A stretch of DNA of 64,000 nt from Octopus vulgaris (lineage: Eukaryota). The notes under the pieces are model-generated. The model was not told the DNA's origin, made no database searches, and saw only the letters and a list, made by a program, of their open reading frames with translations. A program made the translations under genes and the position numbers. Positions 38,978 through 53,549 of the stretch are shown one piece after another. Position 1 is the stretch's first letter. The number at the start of each line of letters is the position of its first letter. The stretch covers positions 52,948,001 through 53,012,000 of the forward strand of contig OX597815.1 in NCBI GenBank assembly GCA_951406725.2, written 5' to 3'.

Positions 38978-39899
38978 TAAATCTTTGGTCCTTGCCTTTC
39001 CGGGTTCGATTAAGTAAAATAACAGTAAAATATTCGTGTCATTTTAATCGACCAACTTTAACCGCAAAATTTCAGCTTTGGGACTTATGTTACGAACAAT
39101 GATTGAAGGCAATGGAATTGCTATGGAATCTTTTGTTGCGTATGAATTTGGAAGCGAGGTAAGAAGTGAAAACACAATAGCTATCACCAATAGTAACAAT
39201 AAAACTGTTGACGGAGGCGATGACACTAGAGCGTACTCAAAACAAGTTCTATCAAGGTCGCCTCTAATATATATAACGGTTACGAAACGTCGGCATCACC
39301 AATTTACAACGGTTAAAGGGTAACGCTTCATATGTGTACTTATTTGCAAATTGGCGTCACCACTTTGAAGTGTAAGATCTAATTTTTCCGGTTTAACATT
39401 GGAGGTTACTAATTATAACGATCATGTGTAACGATAACGCACCGAATAAATGAGCGAAGAGGAACATTATTAATTGGTTGTTGAGATGGCGCTTTATTTA
39501 TATTGTTATTATCGTCGTTACAAACTAAGTTACAACTACTTCGAGTTGTTGTGGTTTAGAGGATTCTGTACATAGTTAACTTCATCTGTGGATGACTATT
39601 AAAGAGAAAGTTTAGTCAAGTAGAAAAAGTAAGAATTGTATTGTCGCGCGATGACAAGATATACTTGAAGTGAGAAACAGAGATGCTCTTTGACCAGAGC
39701 TCAGGCAACTAAAGAGAGAGAACCGATTTGAGGTTACTTATTTATATATACTTCTTAACCAAATTAGGTCAGGTTAAACAAACAATGTTTCCTCTGAATC
39801 AGTTTTGACCCATGTGTGACTCGAAAAAGTTTACAAGGTCATTTAACTCTCATAAATTTCCAAGTGCAACAATACAGTTGGAAAAGGACTTCTAGGAAA

Positions 39900-41700
39900 A
39901 CAAAGATTCGTTTTCGATTCTTAACTCAGAAATTTGGAAGCTATTCTTTACATTATATCTCCTCTTAGAGAACTTACCGAAGACAACTAGACGATACAGG
40001 GAAAATTACAGAAAGTGAATTATGCGAAAATTGAAGAACGTTCAAAATTGTCAATAAAAATGTGAAGTTACTGGTGGATATGATGCAAGGCCAGAAAAGT
40101 CATATATATCAGGAGAAAGAGAATCTGAGGTGATGTATACGGGATAGGTATCTGTTCGAATGGGCGCGAATAGCTTAATGTCGCTTTGTGCAAAGAGTGC
40201 CGCCTGAGCTTTGGCTTTGGGGTAGCGTTAAGTGAGCGTGCGCGTGATTCAGAAGTGGATTGCATAAATATGTGCAAAAGAAATTCGATTGCGGACAATC
40301 AGCGAAAGGAGTAAAAGGAGACAAGAGAGTACATTCTCAATCCATGACATTATTCGAAATTTTTCTGGCAAAAATGTGTATGCTGTGATACGTGTCTTAA
40401 AAGAAGTGCAGAGCGCAAGTGAATCTGGTGTTGTGGTCGTGTACACCTTCAATGGATAAGCAAGGACAGCAAAGTGTAAGAGACATGCTGGGGCGTTGAG
40501 ACAGGCAGACTTTCTCTGTATATACGGTGACCTACGTCTGTTCGTATAGAGGCATGCGGGGTGTCTAGAAGCAAGGGTGCAGAGAGCATGGCCAAGTGCT
40601 TATAACTAGAAAAGACATCCGACGTGCGCTGAGTCGGGAAAAGTGCTGAGCAGGCACAGACATGGAAAAATATCAATGAAGACACAAATATTGGGATGCA
40701 AGTGTGTAGTTGGATGTAGGCATGCATGAATGTATGTATGAACCTTGACTTATATTTTAAAAATATATAGAGAATAGTGTAAAGATTAATTAACCTGCGA
40801 AAAACTATAAGCATTTATGAAAAGCATGTAACAAAAACCATGTAATGAAAACAGTGTACAATACGTTTACATGAAAGATATACTGAAAGCGGATAGTGGA
40901 ACATTACAAAAATATGGATGTACGTGAATTACTCATCTTCTCAGAATGAATGTGACATTAAAGTTAAACAAATTTGTGATACGGGTTTATAAACTTGCTA
41001 TCATGAAAACAAATAAAGGTTTGCAGGGCAAAAGTTACTGTTAACCGTACAAAATGAAATGTAAACAAAAGACCGTTCAAAACGTGAATAGAAGGAGTGT
41101 TCGTTGTTAGAAATATTGTATTGAAATACAAGAAAGAATAGGTACATGCTAGGAAAAATTTCTCGAGAATCTATAAGTGTCACAAAATTCCGTGTAGAAT
41201 TGTAGAAGAATTCACGATCTTAACCTTGGGATGCGAAACGAGAAGTGTGTAGCTGTCGAAAACGCTGTGCTTGCGGGCTTCCATAGTCTCGGCGATGTTG
41301 CTCTACGCAAAGCACGAACTAGTTGATGCAGATTCCAGGTTTAGGTCTCAGGAGGTAGGCTTGCAGAAATGCTCTCTGTTCTGCGAAGTGCGCCGCAGTC
41401 GGTTCCATTGTTTCCGTAGTTAAAACGCGTGTTTTCGCCAGTTGAAAGTGAGTCTGAGGAATTTCGATTGGGAACTACATTTCTTCGTTTCCTTCACTAG
41501 TTCAGGATCATATTTTGGTAAAGTTGTGTATAGCAAGTTGAAGAAGGATACTTATAGCCTTTTTTCGGCAGAATGTGACAGTTTAAGGTCTTCGGATTCC
41601 CCAGAAATGTGAAAGATATATGTAGTTTAAACTGTGGTTTGGTATAGTTCGATCTTCGTCTCTGATCGTAAAAAGTTGCAGTCATAGCATCACAGGAATG
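39900..41700 (-). mobile_element. Very decayed CR1/L2/Jockey-group LINE remnants
   Basis: Weak peptide echoes only (RITAYTFLPEKFRIMSWIENVL, LRRHSLHKATLSYS, endonuclease-start-like segment ~41550-41650). Confidence 0.3.
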
Positions 41701-41824
41701 CAACATTTGTTGATATGTTAACAAGGTTATAATTCTTTAAAGTAAAATGTAATGATTTTTTGAAGCCTTTCGTAGAAAAAAGCACGCATTTCTTGAGTCA
41801 GAAGGTCACTAATTTATAAGGGTT

Positions 41825-41869
<45 letters not shown>

Positions 41870-41874
<5 letters not shown>

Positions 41875-42060
41875 AAAGGCACAAGGCCTGAAATTTGTGG
41901 AGAGGGGAAATGTTGATTACGCGAGCCCAGTTTTTCACTAGCACTTAATTTATCGTCTCTGAAAGGATGAAAGGCAAAGTCATACATAGAGCGTAAGGAG
42001 GGACGAAGTGCCGCTAAGTATTTTGACCGGCGCGCAAACATCTCTGCCAGCTCGCCACCT
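41870..42060 (-). mobile_element. SINE family A (further decayed copies ~32780, ~42170, ~54010, ~54875)
   Basis: gaaaggatgaaaggcaaagtc...ctgccagctcgccacctt is the reverse complement of the 15933 head and body. Confidence 0.75.
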
Positions 42061-42876
42061 TAACAGCAACAACAACAACAATAGCAGCAACAACAACAAC
42101 AGTAACAACAGCAACAACAGCAACAAGAACAACAATCTAATTATGACAATAATAATAATTTCTCCATTTCTAGCATAAGTACAAGGCTGCAAATATGGGA
42201 GCAAAGTTTAGTCGACAATCAGTTTCGGTCTTCGATTCATACTCTATTTTAACGACTCTAAAAGGACAAAAGACAACGTCGTTATTGATGGGATTTGAAC
42301 TCAGAACTTAAAAGGCCAATAACTGAAAAATTGTCTACAGTGATATTGTCCGACGCCTCTAACGATTTTACCACTTCACATAAACTAGTTACATTAACAG
42401 CCATAATAAAAACAACAACAACAACAGCAACAAAAATGATATATATACATCAATGAGAAAACTAACGATATAACCGGTGCATTGAGCAAAAATGCATTGT
42501 GATTTTTATTTTAACCGAATGAAACGGACACTCCCTTCGCATTTCATACAATTGGACATGCAGGAAACTTGTGATTAGTCGGTTGGAACCTATAACAAGC
42601 AGTACTATTGTTCACAAATTGCATGATATTGATATGAATAAATAAATAAATAAAAATAACCCTAACAAACAGCAACGAAAAACAAGATAATTAAGAATAA
42701 TAATAGCATTAATTAAACCATGCAACGATATAGCGATATAACAGAACAGCCAGCCATATAATATAAGAAACAAACAGCAATATAACAGCAATACTAACAA
42801 GTCTAGTAAAAACAATAAGAATAACATAGCCACCACCCTCACTACCACCAACACCACTACCACCACAACTACCACC

Positions 42877-42907
<31 letters not shown>

Positions 42908-43068
42908 CCAACAACAATAACAATAGTAACACATATAACAACGGTAACAAGAGGTAGTTGCAGATTGACGAATATTGTTAGTTTAATAACACAGACAACA
43001 ATCAGTTATTGATTTGATACCAAGGATAATATTTTATAAGTATCTATCTATCTATCTATCTATCTATA

Positions 43069-43138
<70 letters not shown>

Positions 43139-43189
43139 AAAAAGCACGGAGCAATCCATCTGTACAAAACATGATATGCATATATTATC

Positions 43190-43390
43190 TTTTACTTGTT
43201 TTAGTCATTAGACTGCGACCATGCTGGGGCACTGCCTTGAAGAATTTTAGTCGAACGAATTGACACGACTGCTTAATTTTTAAACATGGTACTTGTTCTC
43301 TCAGCCTCTTTGGCCGAATCGCTTTGTTACGGGGGCGTAAACCCACCACCATCGGTTATCAAATGGTAGTCGAAGACAAACACATACGCT

Positions 43391-43427
<37 letters not shown>

Positions 43428-43466
43428 ACACACACGCGCGCGCGCACACACACACACGCACACACG

Positions 43467-43501
<35 letters not shown>

Positions 43502-43665
43502 GTATATATTTACGACGAGCTTCTTTCAGTTTCCATACCGAACCCACTCACAAGGCTTAGATCGGCCCGATGCCGCAGTAAAAGGCACCTGCCCACGGTG
43601 TCACACAGTGGGACTGAACACAGAATTATGTGGATGGGAAGCAGACGTCTTACCACACATCGATG
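43190..43665 (-). mobile_element. SINE family B
   Basis: ttttacttgttttagtcattagactgcgaccatgctgggg...cttctttcagtttcc..ccactcacaaggct..tcttaccacac. Confidence 0.75.
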
Positions 43666-43717
43666 CCAGAGCGTATATATACATACATACATTCTTATAC
43701 ATATACATACATACATG

Positions 43718-44205
43718 AAAAAGAGAATACCTATACTGACCTACTAAGAAATCTGCAGTGATCTATCCAGATTACAAGTTCAGGTTCATACCTGTAATTG
43801 TTGGGGCCCTGGGATATGTAAAACACTGACTAAATACCAATCTTGAGAAATTAGGCTTCTCAAAATCAGGAAGGAGAAAGCTAATCCGAAGACTATAAAT
43901 TCAATCCATCACTGGAATTATTATAATCTGTAAAACTTTCCAGAAGTTAATCATTTAAATATATATGAGCATGCCTAGATATGCAACTATATATAAATGT
44001 AGATATAAAAAAAAAACATACAAATCTGCACATACATACATACATACATACATATACATACATACATACATACATACATACATACATACAAACAAACAAA
44101 ATATCCTGTTGTTGATGTTGAACTTCCTATGAAGGACCCTTGGATCTTTCATTACAAACCGGGTCTTTCCATATTGGCAAGAAATCTTGAAATAAACTGA
44201 ATAAT
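43718..44205 (+). mobile_element. Extreme 3' end of an R4-like RLE element, with probable 3' UTR
   Basis: KENTYTDLLRNLQ / YPDYKFRFIPVIVGALGYVKH*LNTNLEKLGFSKSGRRKLIRRL*IQSITG; embedded in (CATA)n. Confidence 0.7.
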
Positions 44206-44235
44206 GGCATACATACAAACATGCCTACATACATA

Positions 44236-44454
44236 CACGGGAGTGTTGAAAAGTTCCTGGCTTTAAGGGCATCTCTAAAGGCCTGGATGGAGGTCAACCT
44301 TCTGAGTTCTTTTACAGGGCTTTAGAATAATTGAAGGACCGCTTCAATAAGTGTGTGAATCTGAGAGGGGAATATGTTGAATAAAATCATAATTAACTGA
44401 TCCTCCTATAGTTTCTTTTAGCAAAAGACAGAAACTTTTCAGCATACCCTCGTG
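44236..44454 (+). mobile_element. Mariner-derived MITE
   Basis: Inverted ends cacgggagtgttgaaaagttcctggcttt / aaaagacagaaacttttcagcataccctcgtg; retains the transposase C-terminus DRFNKCVNLRGEYVE*. Confidence 0.75.
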
Positions 44455-44644
44455 TGTAACTCAGTGGCTGAGGGTTTCTTCCATGACACCTATGAAAAAT
44501 TTACTGACATGCGCAAAACTCTCAGCCCTTGAGTCACTTGTAAACTTCTACTGTGGTACGTGTTTATATTTTTACGTTTTAATTTCTGTGTTTATATATT
44601 TCGCTGTGTACTTATGTGTGTATGTGTGTGTATGTGTGTCTTTG

Positions 44645-47450
44645 TTTCACCAAAGGCTGAATTGTGGATTTGATGCCACGTTGTGTCTCTGCCACTCGAG
44701 CCCATCGAGTGACTTTCGTTTCTCAGTTCTGAAAACGCATCCATCGTACTTAGTGTTGAATAATTGATCCAGGGACAATCTCACCGCCAGCACATCGTTT
44801 GCGATGCCTTTTCTAAGTGCCTCTAATAAGTTTCTAATTTGCCTCTATTCTATTTCTTTCTATCGCCCATACCTTACTAAACCTAATCAACTCTACTCTA
44901 ATTGACCTTTCCAAGGCAAACCACCAGTTGTTATTGATGATTTCCCCTGTCAACGCCCGCTTAACTAATTTGCTAATCCAGTAAGCCAGGCATGCCGCGT
45001 CCCTGTCTACGAAGTCTATCTAGGTCGACTGTACAGATCATGAATTTGTGGTCTGTGTAGCCTACAAAATACTCTATCAACATATGATCCAGATGACCGA
45101 TGCGGTTCATCCATCTCCAAATTGGCACGTCAAGAAATTCCAATCGGTGCCTGTCAAACAGTTGAAAATGTTTAAGCCGGTTTACGAGGCATCGCCCTCT
45201 TCTAATAGCTAGCCCCACACAATCTAAGCGTGCGTGCAAGACGGCACCCAGTCACCTATTAGCACTAAAGGTCTAGACATTCCCAGACGTCTGAAGAAAT
45301 ACGGTTGTCCCCCAGTCTGAACATTCCCCTGTGGTCACTCTCCACATCCAGACATCTAGATCCACCAACTTACCTTATGGGTCCAGGAAGATAGCTTCAA
45401 CATCCAGACCTCTCCTGAACAACACCACAGTGCCACCCCCCATTCCCGGTTGAAGTATCCACCGAAAATGGGCTTTAAAAGTCGTCGCTCGGAGCGTCTG
45501 GTCTCACTGACAGCCACAACATCTAAACATAGTGACCAGAGGTCATTGAGTAGGTGACCCTGTTTTGCAGGCAACACTAGGCCACGTACATTGATGTTAC
45601 CTATCCCAAACAAGGCAATATTGGACAATGAAATAGACAGAGAAGAGAGTTACTTAATCGTAGGTTGGGATTTGTGATCAAACTGTCTGTTGCGCGTGTG
45701 AACTAGGTCGTACTTGTAGTGGTGGTGTCTGTGATAGTGGAAGTAGATGTGGTAGCGATGGAGATCATGCTGACAATGTTAGTGTTTGAGGTGTTTGAGC
45801 ATTGTTGTTCAAGGGTGTCTCCTCCATTTGTTCGTATCTAGCAGCTTTTTGTGTTGGTGTTTTTGCCCCCTTTTCTTTTCTTGACCTTGGTGACCGTTTG
45901 CCATTTAGGCTCATCACCGTCCCCTTCATCACAAGACATGTCCGATGGTCCGAAGAGGAGAGGGGTATATTCTGGAGAGGTTTTTTCGTGTTTTGTGGCA
46001 GTAGCTGTTGGTTTTACTTTGTATTTTTTTCTGATGCTGTAGTCGTTGTTGGTGAGGCTGCTGTTGTGGATGGTGCAGTAAACTGATGTTGCTACTGTTT
46101 TCGCAGCTGTTAGTTTCGGTTCTGTTGGTGGTGTTTTAGTCAACTACTCTGTTGGTGCTGTTATTGATGTATTTTCTGTTGGTGTTTTGGTGAGGGTGCT
46201 GGCGATGGTATCGGCAGGAGTGTTGATTCCCTTTGCTGTGGGCAAAAGGCTTTGCAGTGATTTGTGACTCGCACAGAGGACATCTTGGCCTTCTCCCTCA
46301 ACAGTCACGTGAAGCTGGTAGGGTTGTAAATCCGCGATGGCCTTGACGCTTGCCTTATCCGCCTGTATTAACTACTGCACTACTTGTCCTAAACAGTTCT
46401 GCCTCTATATTCTCTGTGTCTGGTTTTCTATTCTATGCCAAAGAGAACCGCTGCCACTAACCAGCAGATGTTGATTTCTGGTTGTATATTTAACATTCTT
46501 ATTTTAAACAACCTTCGGCCATGGTAAATGGAAATGAAGATGAGTTCGTCACTCGTTAGGTGTTCATTGAGTGCGTTTTAGTCAACTGCTCTGAGGCGAA
46601 TCTCACTTTGATCAGTTCCATATATTTCCCAATGGCTATATAAGTGCTGCTTTTCTAAATTGGTCGCAGACATTTTTGTAACTGCTGATGTGCTACCTGC
46701 TCTTTTCTTTTACTTCTTGTTCCAATAGTTTTATATAGAAATATCCGCAAATTGGTTTCTTGCTAAACAGATCTAGGGACTTTCAGTGACACATTCCACT
46801 CACATTTCTCCAACGTACATTTTGCACTTTTACATTTATTTTCATTTACAATAATTTCGTCATTTATTTACCGCGTCGCGTCGGCAAAACCGCTAACACA
46901 AGATTTACACGGTTTATTTTCGTTGTTCTAGTTTGTTTCGTTAATGATGTTAGTGGTGATGATGGTAGGATTGTTATAGCCACTGACGGTGGTGGTGGTG
47001 GTGGTGGTGGTTTAGGTGGCAGTGTTCTAGCTAATGTTGCATTTTGTTGTTATTGATCTCTTTTGTTATGCTTGTATTTGGTGATGGCGTTGCTGACTGC
47101 AGCGGAAAATTATTTTCGTACATTTCCCATGGCATGTTATTGTTGTTATTGTTACTGCTGCGGTTGTCCCTAACTTGGCTGTTCTGTTCTGCAGATAACT
47201 GGCTGTTCATTTCGACGGGCGAACAATCTTCTTCCGCCATAATTTTAGACAAAAATTGAGGGGTGCGTCTGGTAAACAAACCCCAAAATAGCCAAGATTG
47301 CGAAGAAGTAACCAGCTCACTAAGGTCCTGGTTAGAATATTTCTATAATGATAAAAAATGTTCAATATATAACTTTGTGTAACAATGTAAATAACAACAA
47401 AATTACGTGAGCGATGTGCGATATATATCGATAGACGAGCAAGTGCCAAG
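44645..47450 (-). mobile_element. 3'-truncated Tx1/L1-clade element: 5' UTR, decayed ORF1, AP endonuclease
   Basis: IGNINVRGL...DVVAVSETR (45356..45628), VGYTDHKFMICTV (44973..45239), KYDGCVFR near 44735. ORF1 remnants with a Thr-rich tail and KWQTVTKVKKRK (45838..46143); likely start at ~47240. Confidence 0.8.
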
Positions 47451-47451
47451 C

Positions 47452-47960
47452 AGTGGCTTTCATGGCTTCTGATCTTAACTGATTGGAAGTATTACCATGT
47501 ACATGTTTTGTCTTGATATAAATGATGGGCTACAGCTATTCTGCTCAATTCCACAGATTTGCTTGTCAGTTGCTTGACCTTATCTATTTGAGTATGTCCC
47601 TAGTAGCTGACGATACGTGCATCTTTGATCATGAGCAGAAGAAGTGGGTGAATATCATAGCCATGTGTTGAGAGTAATTCTTTAGAGTTTGAATAATTCA
47701 CCTCTGGAAACATGGCTATTATGTCCATCATCCTTAAACAAGTCTTTTAAGAGGGATGGGCTACTCAACAAGACAAAATTCTTTCTGGGCCTCGCCTGCA
47801 AGGTCATGTTCTGTTTATGAGATCACCGTGTTGCGCACATAAAGTTGTGTAGTGTATGTGTCTAGTGTACCCTTATCCGACGGGTAGTCATGATGGGTAT
47901 ATTAGGCTTCGTATATTTGTGCCCCAGTGTCACTTTGATGACATGCGTTACTCTTTCACT
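47452..47960. repeat. Interspersed non-coding repeat (second partial copy ~15005-15170)
   Basis: tattctgctcaa..ccacaga.ttgcttgtcagttgcttgac...atcatagccatg.gttgaga is shared between the two loci. Confidence 0.7.
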
Positions 47961-47961
47961 C

Positions 47962-48012
<51 letters not shown>

Positions 48013-48013
<1 letters not shown>

Positions 48014-48352
48014 TTTTCTTTCTTGGTCACAAAGGCCGAACCCAAAATAAATAGGGACAATATTGCACAAGCGACAGGTGGGATCTGGTACAATGGCGTG
48101 TATAAAATAGATAACAATAGCAATTAATAAAATTAAACAATAAAAATTCCCCAAAAGGGGTAAGATTCCCTCAAGGTCAATCGAGGAACCCCAGTCATCC
48201 TAGTCATTACGACTTCACTGCCAAGGGCACCTCAGGTAGGCACCTCAATCCCTCTCGACTCCTCTGGCCTCAAGCACATGTTCAGAGTAGGCCCAGTCAT
48301 ATGAGCAATCCTTGCCACATTCTCCCACCTTTCAGCAAAAATAGTGGGAGGC
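48013..48352 (-). mobile_element. 5'-truncated 3' end of a Tx1-like element inside (AAT)n
   Basis: IFAERWENVARIAHMTGPTLNMCL, then a T-rich UTR ending ggcctttgtgaccaagaaagaaaa; (AAT)n on both sides. Confidence 0.6.
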
Positions 48353-48411
48353 ATAATAATAATAATAATAATGATGATGATGATGATGATGATGACGACG
48401 ACGACAACGCC

Positions 48412-48478
<67 letters not shown>

Positions 48479-48479
48479 T

Positions 48480-48510
<31 letters not shown>

Positions 48511-48614
48511 AAGAAGAAGAAGAAGAAGAAGAAGAAGAAGAAGAAGAAGAAGAAGAAGAAGAAGAAGAAGAAGAAGAAGAAGAAGAAGAAGAAGAAGAAG
48601 AAGAAGAAGAAGAA
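48353..48614. repeat. Compound trinucleotide microsatellite (AAT/GAT/GAC/AAC/AAT/AAG)
   Basis: Directly visible; source of the poly-N/D/K/L/R ORFs. Confidence 0.95.
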
Positions 48615-49115
48615 AGGGAGGTGTTGGTGGTAGTGGTGGTGTTGGTGGTGGGAGACCCAGCAACAAAATTTCTACAAAAGCCTACTATATTTTATGAATA
48701 AGTCTTATTAATTTATTTTATTAAACTTCTTGCAAAATGTTGGCGTCTGAAAATTGTGAAAGTTCTTATGATTTTTCTTTGTTTGTTCTTTAACCGGAAT
48801 TGTCATCTTGGGTAAACTATTTTCTATTCTTCGTCTTCTTTGCCTGCTTTCTTGTTAACTTCACTTGTTTTCTTTTTACCTTACCTTCTTTCCTATTTTG
48901 TTATATTGCTTTTATGACAAATTTGCATATTCCCACTTTCCCCTTTACTGAAAACTTTCTAAAGATACTGAAATTGATATACAGAAAAAAATTAAATGCA
49001 TATACTTTTTACAAAATGTGTCTAGGTTATTTAATTTGTGAATATGCCATGCATTGTGTAATGAATTTTTATATCATTTCCCAAAGATATGTCTGTGTGC
49101 ATGTTTGTTTGTTTA

Positions 49116-49156
<41 letters not shown>

Positions 49157-49249
49157 GGGGGAGGAAGAGAGAGAAAGAGAGAGAATTTAAATGTTTTACG
49201 AGCGCCTGTTTTCAAACTGATGACTGTTCTGGTCCAGTCATTGCTGATA

Positions 49250-49940
49250 ACGCGAAGCAGTGGAATCGCTATTACCAGGAAACATTAATATGATGGTGTG
49301 AGGGTACTCCATCTTGCTGGAAATGAAAGCTCTACATCTTCAAAGTCCATCTGAATGCTTTACATGACAGATTGCTGCAGCAAATTCAAGTAAATGAGAC
49401 CGGTTACAATGCCGTAAAAAAGAATGTTGTAACTAATCATTTTCATTACCATACTGTAACTTCTGGTAAACTAACATGAAGTTCCTGCATAATATGCGGA
49501 TTCTCAGGTCCCAGGTAGGTGCAAGTATGATGAACAATTGAACAATTTACATGTAGCCTTATCACTCCAAATGATCTTTTTAGGAAAGTGTGCATCTACA
49601 CGTCTTGCCAAGTACCACGCATAAAACTCCACTCTTCGGTCTAGATAATTTTCATTGAGTGCATATCTTGGGATATAACTTTTCCAATGACAGCGCTTCA
49701 CAATACGATGGACGCTTTATTTCGAAATGTCTATCTTGCAACCCACTTGTCACATAGATTTGCTTAAACTCTACCAATACGTTTATAGTATTCTTTCTCG
49801 ATTGGAAGGGCTTGTCAATGACTGCAGTCTTCCGGAACTTTTCTTGTGGATATTCTGAACAGTTCCATCTGCTTCAAACATATCTCTGATCCGAGTAATA
49901 GTAAGCCGCGTAGATGGAACTTTGAAACTCGCTTCTAAAC
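49250..49940 (-). mobile_element. Decayed Tc1/mariner-superfamily transposase fragment (rosa/DD41D-like)
   Basis: [62 protein letters not shown]. Confidence 0.7.
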
Positions 49941-50089
49941 CATCTTTGCACTGCAACTGCGATTTTAAACTTCCAGTAGCAACATTGGGTAAATTTGCTT
50001 TATTCAAAGATTAGTGTGTATGCATTTTTGTGATATCGTGTGTGTGTGCAGTATATGCTCTTAATCAGTCAGTGAACTTCCATCATAAG

Positions 50090-50345
50090 CTTTCTGATAG
50101 TGTGCAAGTAGAAAATGTCCGCAAGAATGCAACGACTTTATTCCAAGTAATCTATCAAGCTGTGATAGCTAACTTCAAGGCATATTACCTGTGGAAATCT
50201 TTCAAACAAGCTCTGAAAGCAGCTGATAGGAGGATAAACCTACAGTTTCAGACTTCTTGAAGAGGTTCAACGTAATGGATGACATTGCTGAGTCATGGGA
50301 TGAAATGAATCCCCAACCTTGAATAGTGCTTGGAAAAATATATGA
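50090..50345 (+). mobile_element. pogo/Tigger DDE transposase fragment
   Basis: NATTLFQVIYQAVIANFKAYYL (NTTSxxQPxDQGVIxxFKxxY-like), then IAESWDEM. Confidence 0.6.
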
Positions 50346-50394
50346 CCAGACCGTAACTGTGACTTTACGTTTTCCATGAACGGTATTCTTTTAT

Positions 50395-50600
50395 TCTTTT
50401 ACTTGTTTCAGTCATTTGACTGTAGCTATTATGGAGCACCGCCTCTAGTCGAACGAATCGACCCCAGCACTTATTCCTTGTAAGCCTAGTACCTATTCTA
50501 TCGGTCATTTTTGCCGAACTGCTAAGTTACGGGGACGTAAACATACCAATATCGGTTGTCAAGTGGTGGGGTGGGGGACAAACACAGACACATAAACACA
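50395..50600 (-). mobile_element. SINE family B 3' half
   Basis: tttacttgtttcagtcatttgactg...ccgaactgctaagttacggggacgtaaac...ggggacaaacacagac. Confidence 0.75.
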
Positions 50601-50620
50601 CACAAACACACACACACACA

Positions 50621-50668
<48 letters not shown>

Positions 50669-51702
50669 AGTTGATTAATACGAACACCTATAAAAGTGTT
50701 CTGATATGCAAATGATATGCAAACAGTTGCCTGTCTCTCTCTCTCTGCGTTTCTATTTTTCTCCCTCTCTCTTTACCTCTCTGGAACGAACGAAGAAACG
50801 ATCGAAGTCAACATTCCTTTTGGTCCAGCAATAACCAGGTGAAACTAATAAGACACCTTTTTTATTAGTTCGCTCAAGTCGAACCGCAGAATCTATTTAT
50901 ATAGCGAGGTTTTATATATGTTTAGGTACTCTCCTATTATCATCTGCGATATTTTTGCTATTTACTAAAGGATTTGAAGAGCAAAAATGTGAAAAAAAAA
51001 ATCAAATGGTTTGGACAAAAAGTTCTTTCACAGAAGGGAACAATCATACATTTCCTTATTCTTTCCAGTCACTATGAGGTAGCGATAGCTATTCCGAGAG
51101 TACTAATCCTTCAGTAAATATTAAAAATGGCTGTCGATAATAGGAAAGTGTCTATATTTATTCATTAAGCATGGAAATAATTCACTAAAACTGATATGTA
51201 CTGTAACAAAGATATGTTGCTAATGTTTGCCAAGGCTACCCTTAAAGTTCTTATATTTAGCTTACTTCTCTGAAATTCCACACCATCGTTGATTTGTAAC
51301 ATTATCTTCGTTTCATTGAATACAAAATTGTTATTTTAAAGTAGAAGGAGAAGAACTGGAATCTGACACTGAAATCTTGCGTGATGTAAGGGAAGGGAAA
51401 TATCTTTAAATGGTGACAAAAGTTGGGATAATCGTTAAATATTTTATCTCACAGCGACACTCTCATACGCTGCACTCTTCACTTCTTTCTTTTCTTCATT
51501 TCTTTGTCCTTCTCAATTGACTTTTAGCCGCCTCGGACGACTTCTTGAATTTTACTGATTGTTTTTGATTAACGTTGATGTTTCGTTGCTGCTGAAACTG
51601 GAGGGGTGGCGGAAAAAGGTCAAGCGTGAATTTTGTGAATGTGTTCTTGACCTTATCTGATATTCAAACGATTTGCCCTGAAGTTGGGATCTTATTGATA
51701 GC

Positions 51703-51760
<58 letters not shown>

Positions 51761-53472
51761 GAGGGGGGAGATACAGGAGAGTGAAAGTATAGGGGAAAGA
51801 GGAGGCTGATGGAGAAACAGAAAGGACGGAGAGAGAGAGAGGAGGAAGGAGTAAGACAGAGGAGAAGGATAGAGAAAGAGAGAAGGGGAAGAAAAGTAGA
51901 GTAAACATTTACAAATAAAAGGCAAAATGATGATGTCAAAATAGTGAAACATACGTGCCACACACGCACTCACATTCGCGCGCGCGCACACACTCACACA
52001 CAGACACATCTTTTATCTTTATCTTTTACTTATTTCAACCTTTAGACTCCGTTCAAGCTGGGGCACTGCCTTGAAGAATTGTATTCCTATATTACTTTAA
52101 TTCCGGAACTTATTCTATCGCTCTTTTGTGCCGAATCACTAGCTAATGGCACAAATAATATTTTTGCTCTTTTTCTGCTTTCAGCCATGGAACTTCGGCC
52201 GTGATGTGGAACCACCTTGAAGGATTTGTTCCCTTTGTTTCCTCAAAGTGATGCCAGCACTAATTTTAAGCCCCAGTTACGCTAAGTTACGATGTCGTAA
52301 ATAAAAACCAACACCATTTGTGGAGTGGTGAAAAATATACACTCCACTCCACGCACACAGAAACACTCACTCGATCACTTGCACATACATACAAACATGC
52401 ATGCATGCAAATATGCATGTATACATACATACACACATACATACAAACATACATACATGCATGCATAGCATTGCATACATACATACACACAATAGGCATC
52501 ACTACAGCCTCTGTGTATTAAATCCACGTCTTATTAGAGGAAGACACTTGTCCTGAGTGCAGCGAAGAATGACTGAACTGGAAGTCACATTGTTGATTAC
52601 ATCAAACTTCTTAACCACACAGCTATGCCAACACCCACACACAGACGCGTGCCCGAGCGCATTGCAGCATATTTGAAGCATTGTGAAATGGAACTAAAAG
52701 AATTTTGAGAAGCCACTACAGTGCAAGCTGGAAATAAAGGAGTAAAACAAAATAACAATACAGAAAAAATCACTTTAACTTGTTTTCATATAATTCGGAC
52801 TCAAACTGCCTTTATCAAAAGAAGAAAAAATGAAGAATTAGAGCAGCTCTGATGAGCAATGCTTATACAGTAATGGGGACGCGACATGCGCAGATCGATC
52901 GTGTTATATTAACTAATTAGCATGTAATAATTGCTGTAAATTTTACGTTGGAAATAGCATTTAAAACAAATTAACACATTAATACAAATGCTTCTTCCCT
53001 TAGAAAAACATCTGAACAATTGTCATATCCCACAAAATAAAATATCAGGAATATAAGGGCTCACGGAATTCAACCAAAAACAGGCAAGAATCTCAGGGTT
53101 TAAACTTGCTAATATAAGACAGATAATCCATGTACTTCACAAATGTACGTCCTGGAATTACTGGGAAAATTAGAGCTACAATAACTCACCATTTTTACTT
53201 TTGACAAAGGCATTTTAAAGTCGAACTATTGAAATAGATGGAAGAAGTGTAAGTCGCTCTCATTGTTTAGTGTTGGTTTTCACCTCTTTAATTCAATTAT
53301 GAATTGTAGTTGATTTCTAAAATTAACTCTCTACCTGCCTGTCTCTATCTTTGTGTATATAGTTATGTGTGTACGTGTGTATGCGTGTTGTGTATGTGTG
53401 TGAGTACCTTCTACCCTTCCTCTCGATCTGTCTTTCTCTCTCTATGTGTAATATATACATACACACACACAC

Positions 53473-53549
<77 letters not shown>

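Noticed and set aside
44120-44172. ctatgaagga...acaaaccgg in the R4-like 3' UTR as a ribozyme
   Set aside because: Both core segments deviate and the stems do not pair convincingly.
47031-47279. 82-aa ORF resembling a host first exon
   Set aside because: Collinear with and upstream of the Tx1-like ORF1 and endonuclease remnants on the same strand; best read as the ORF1 N-terminus.
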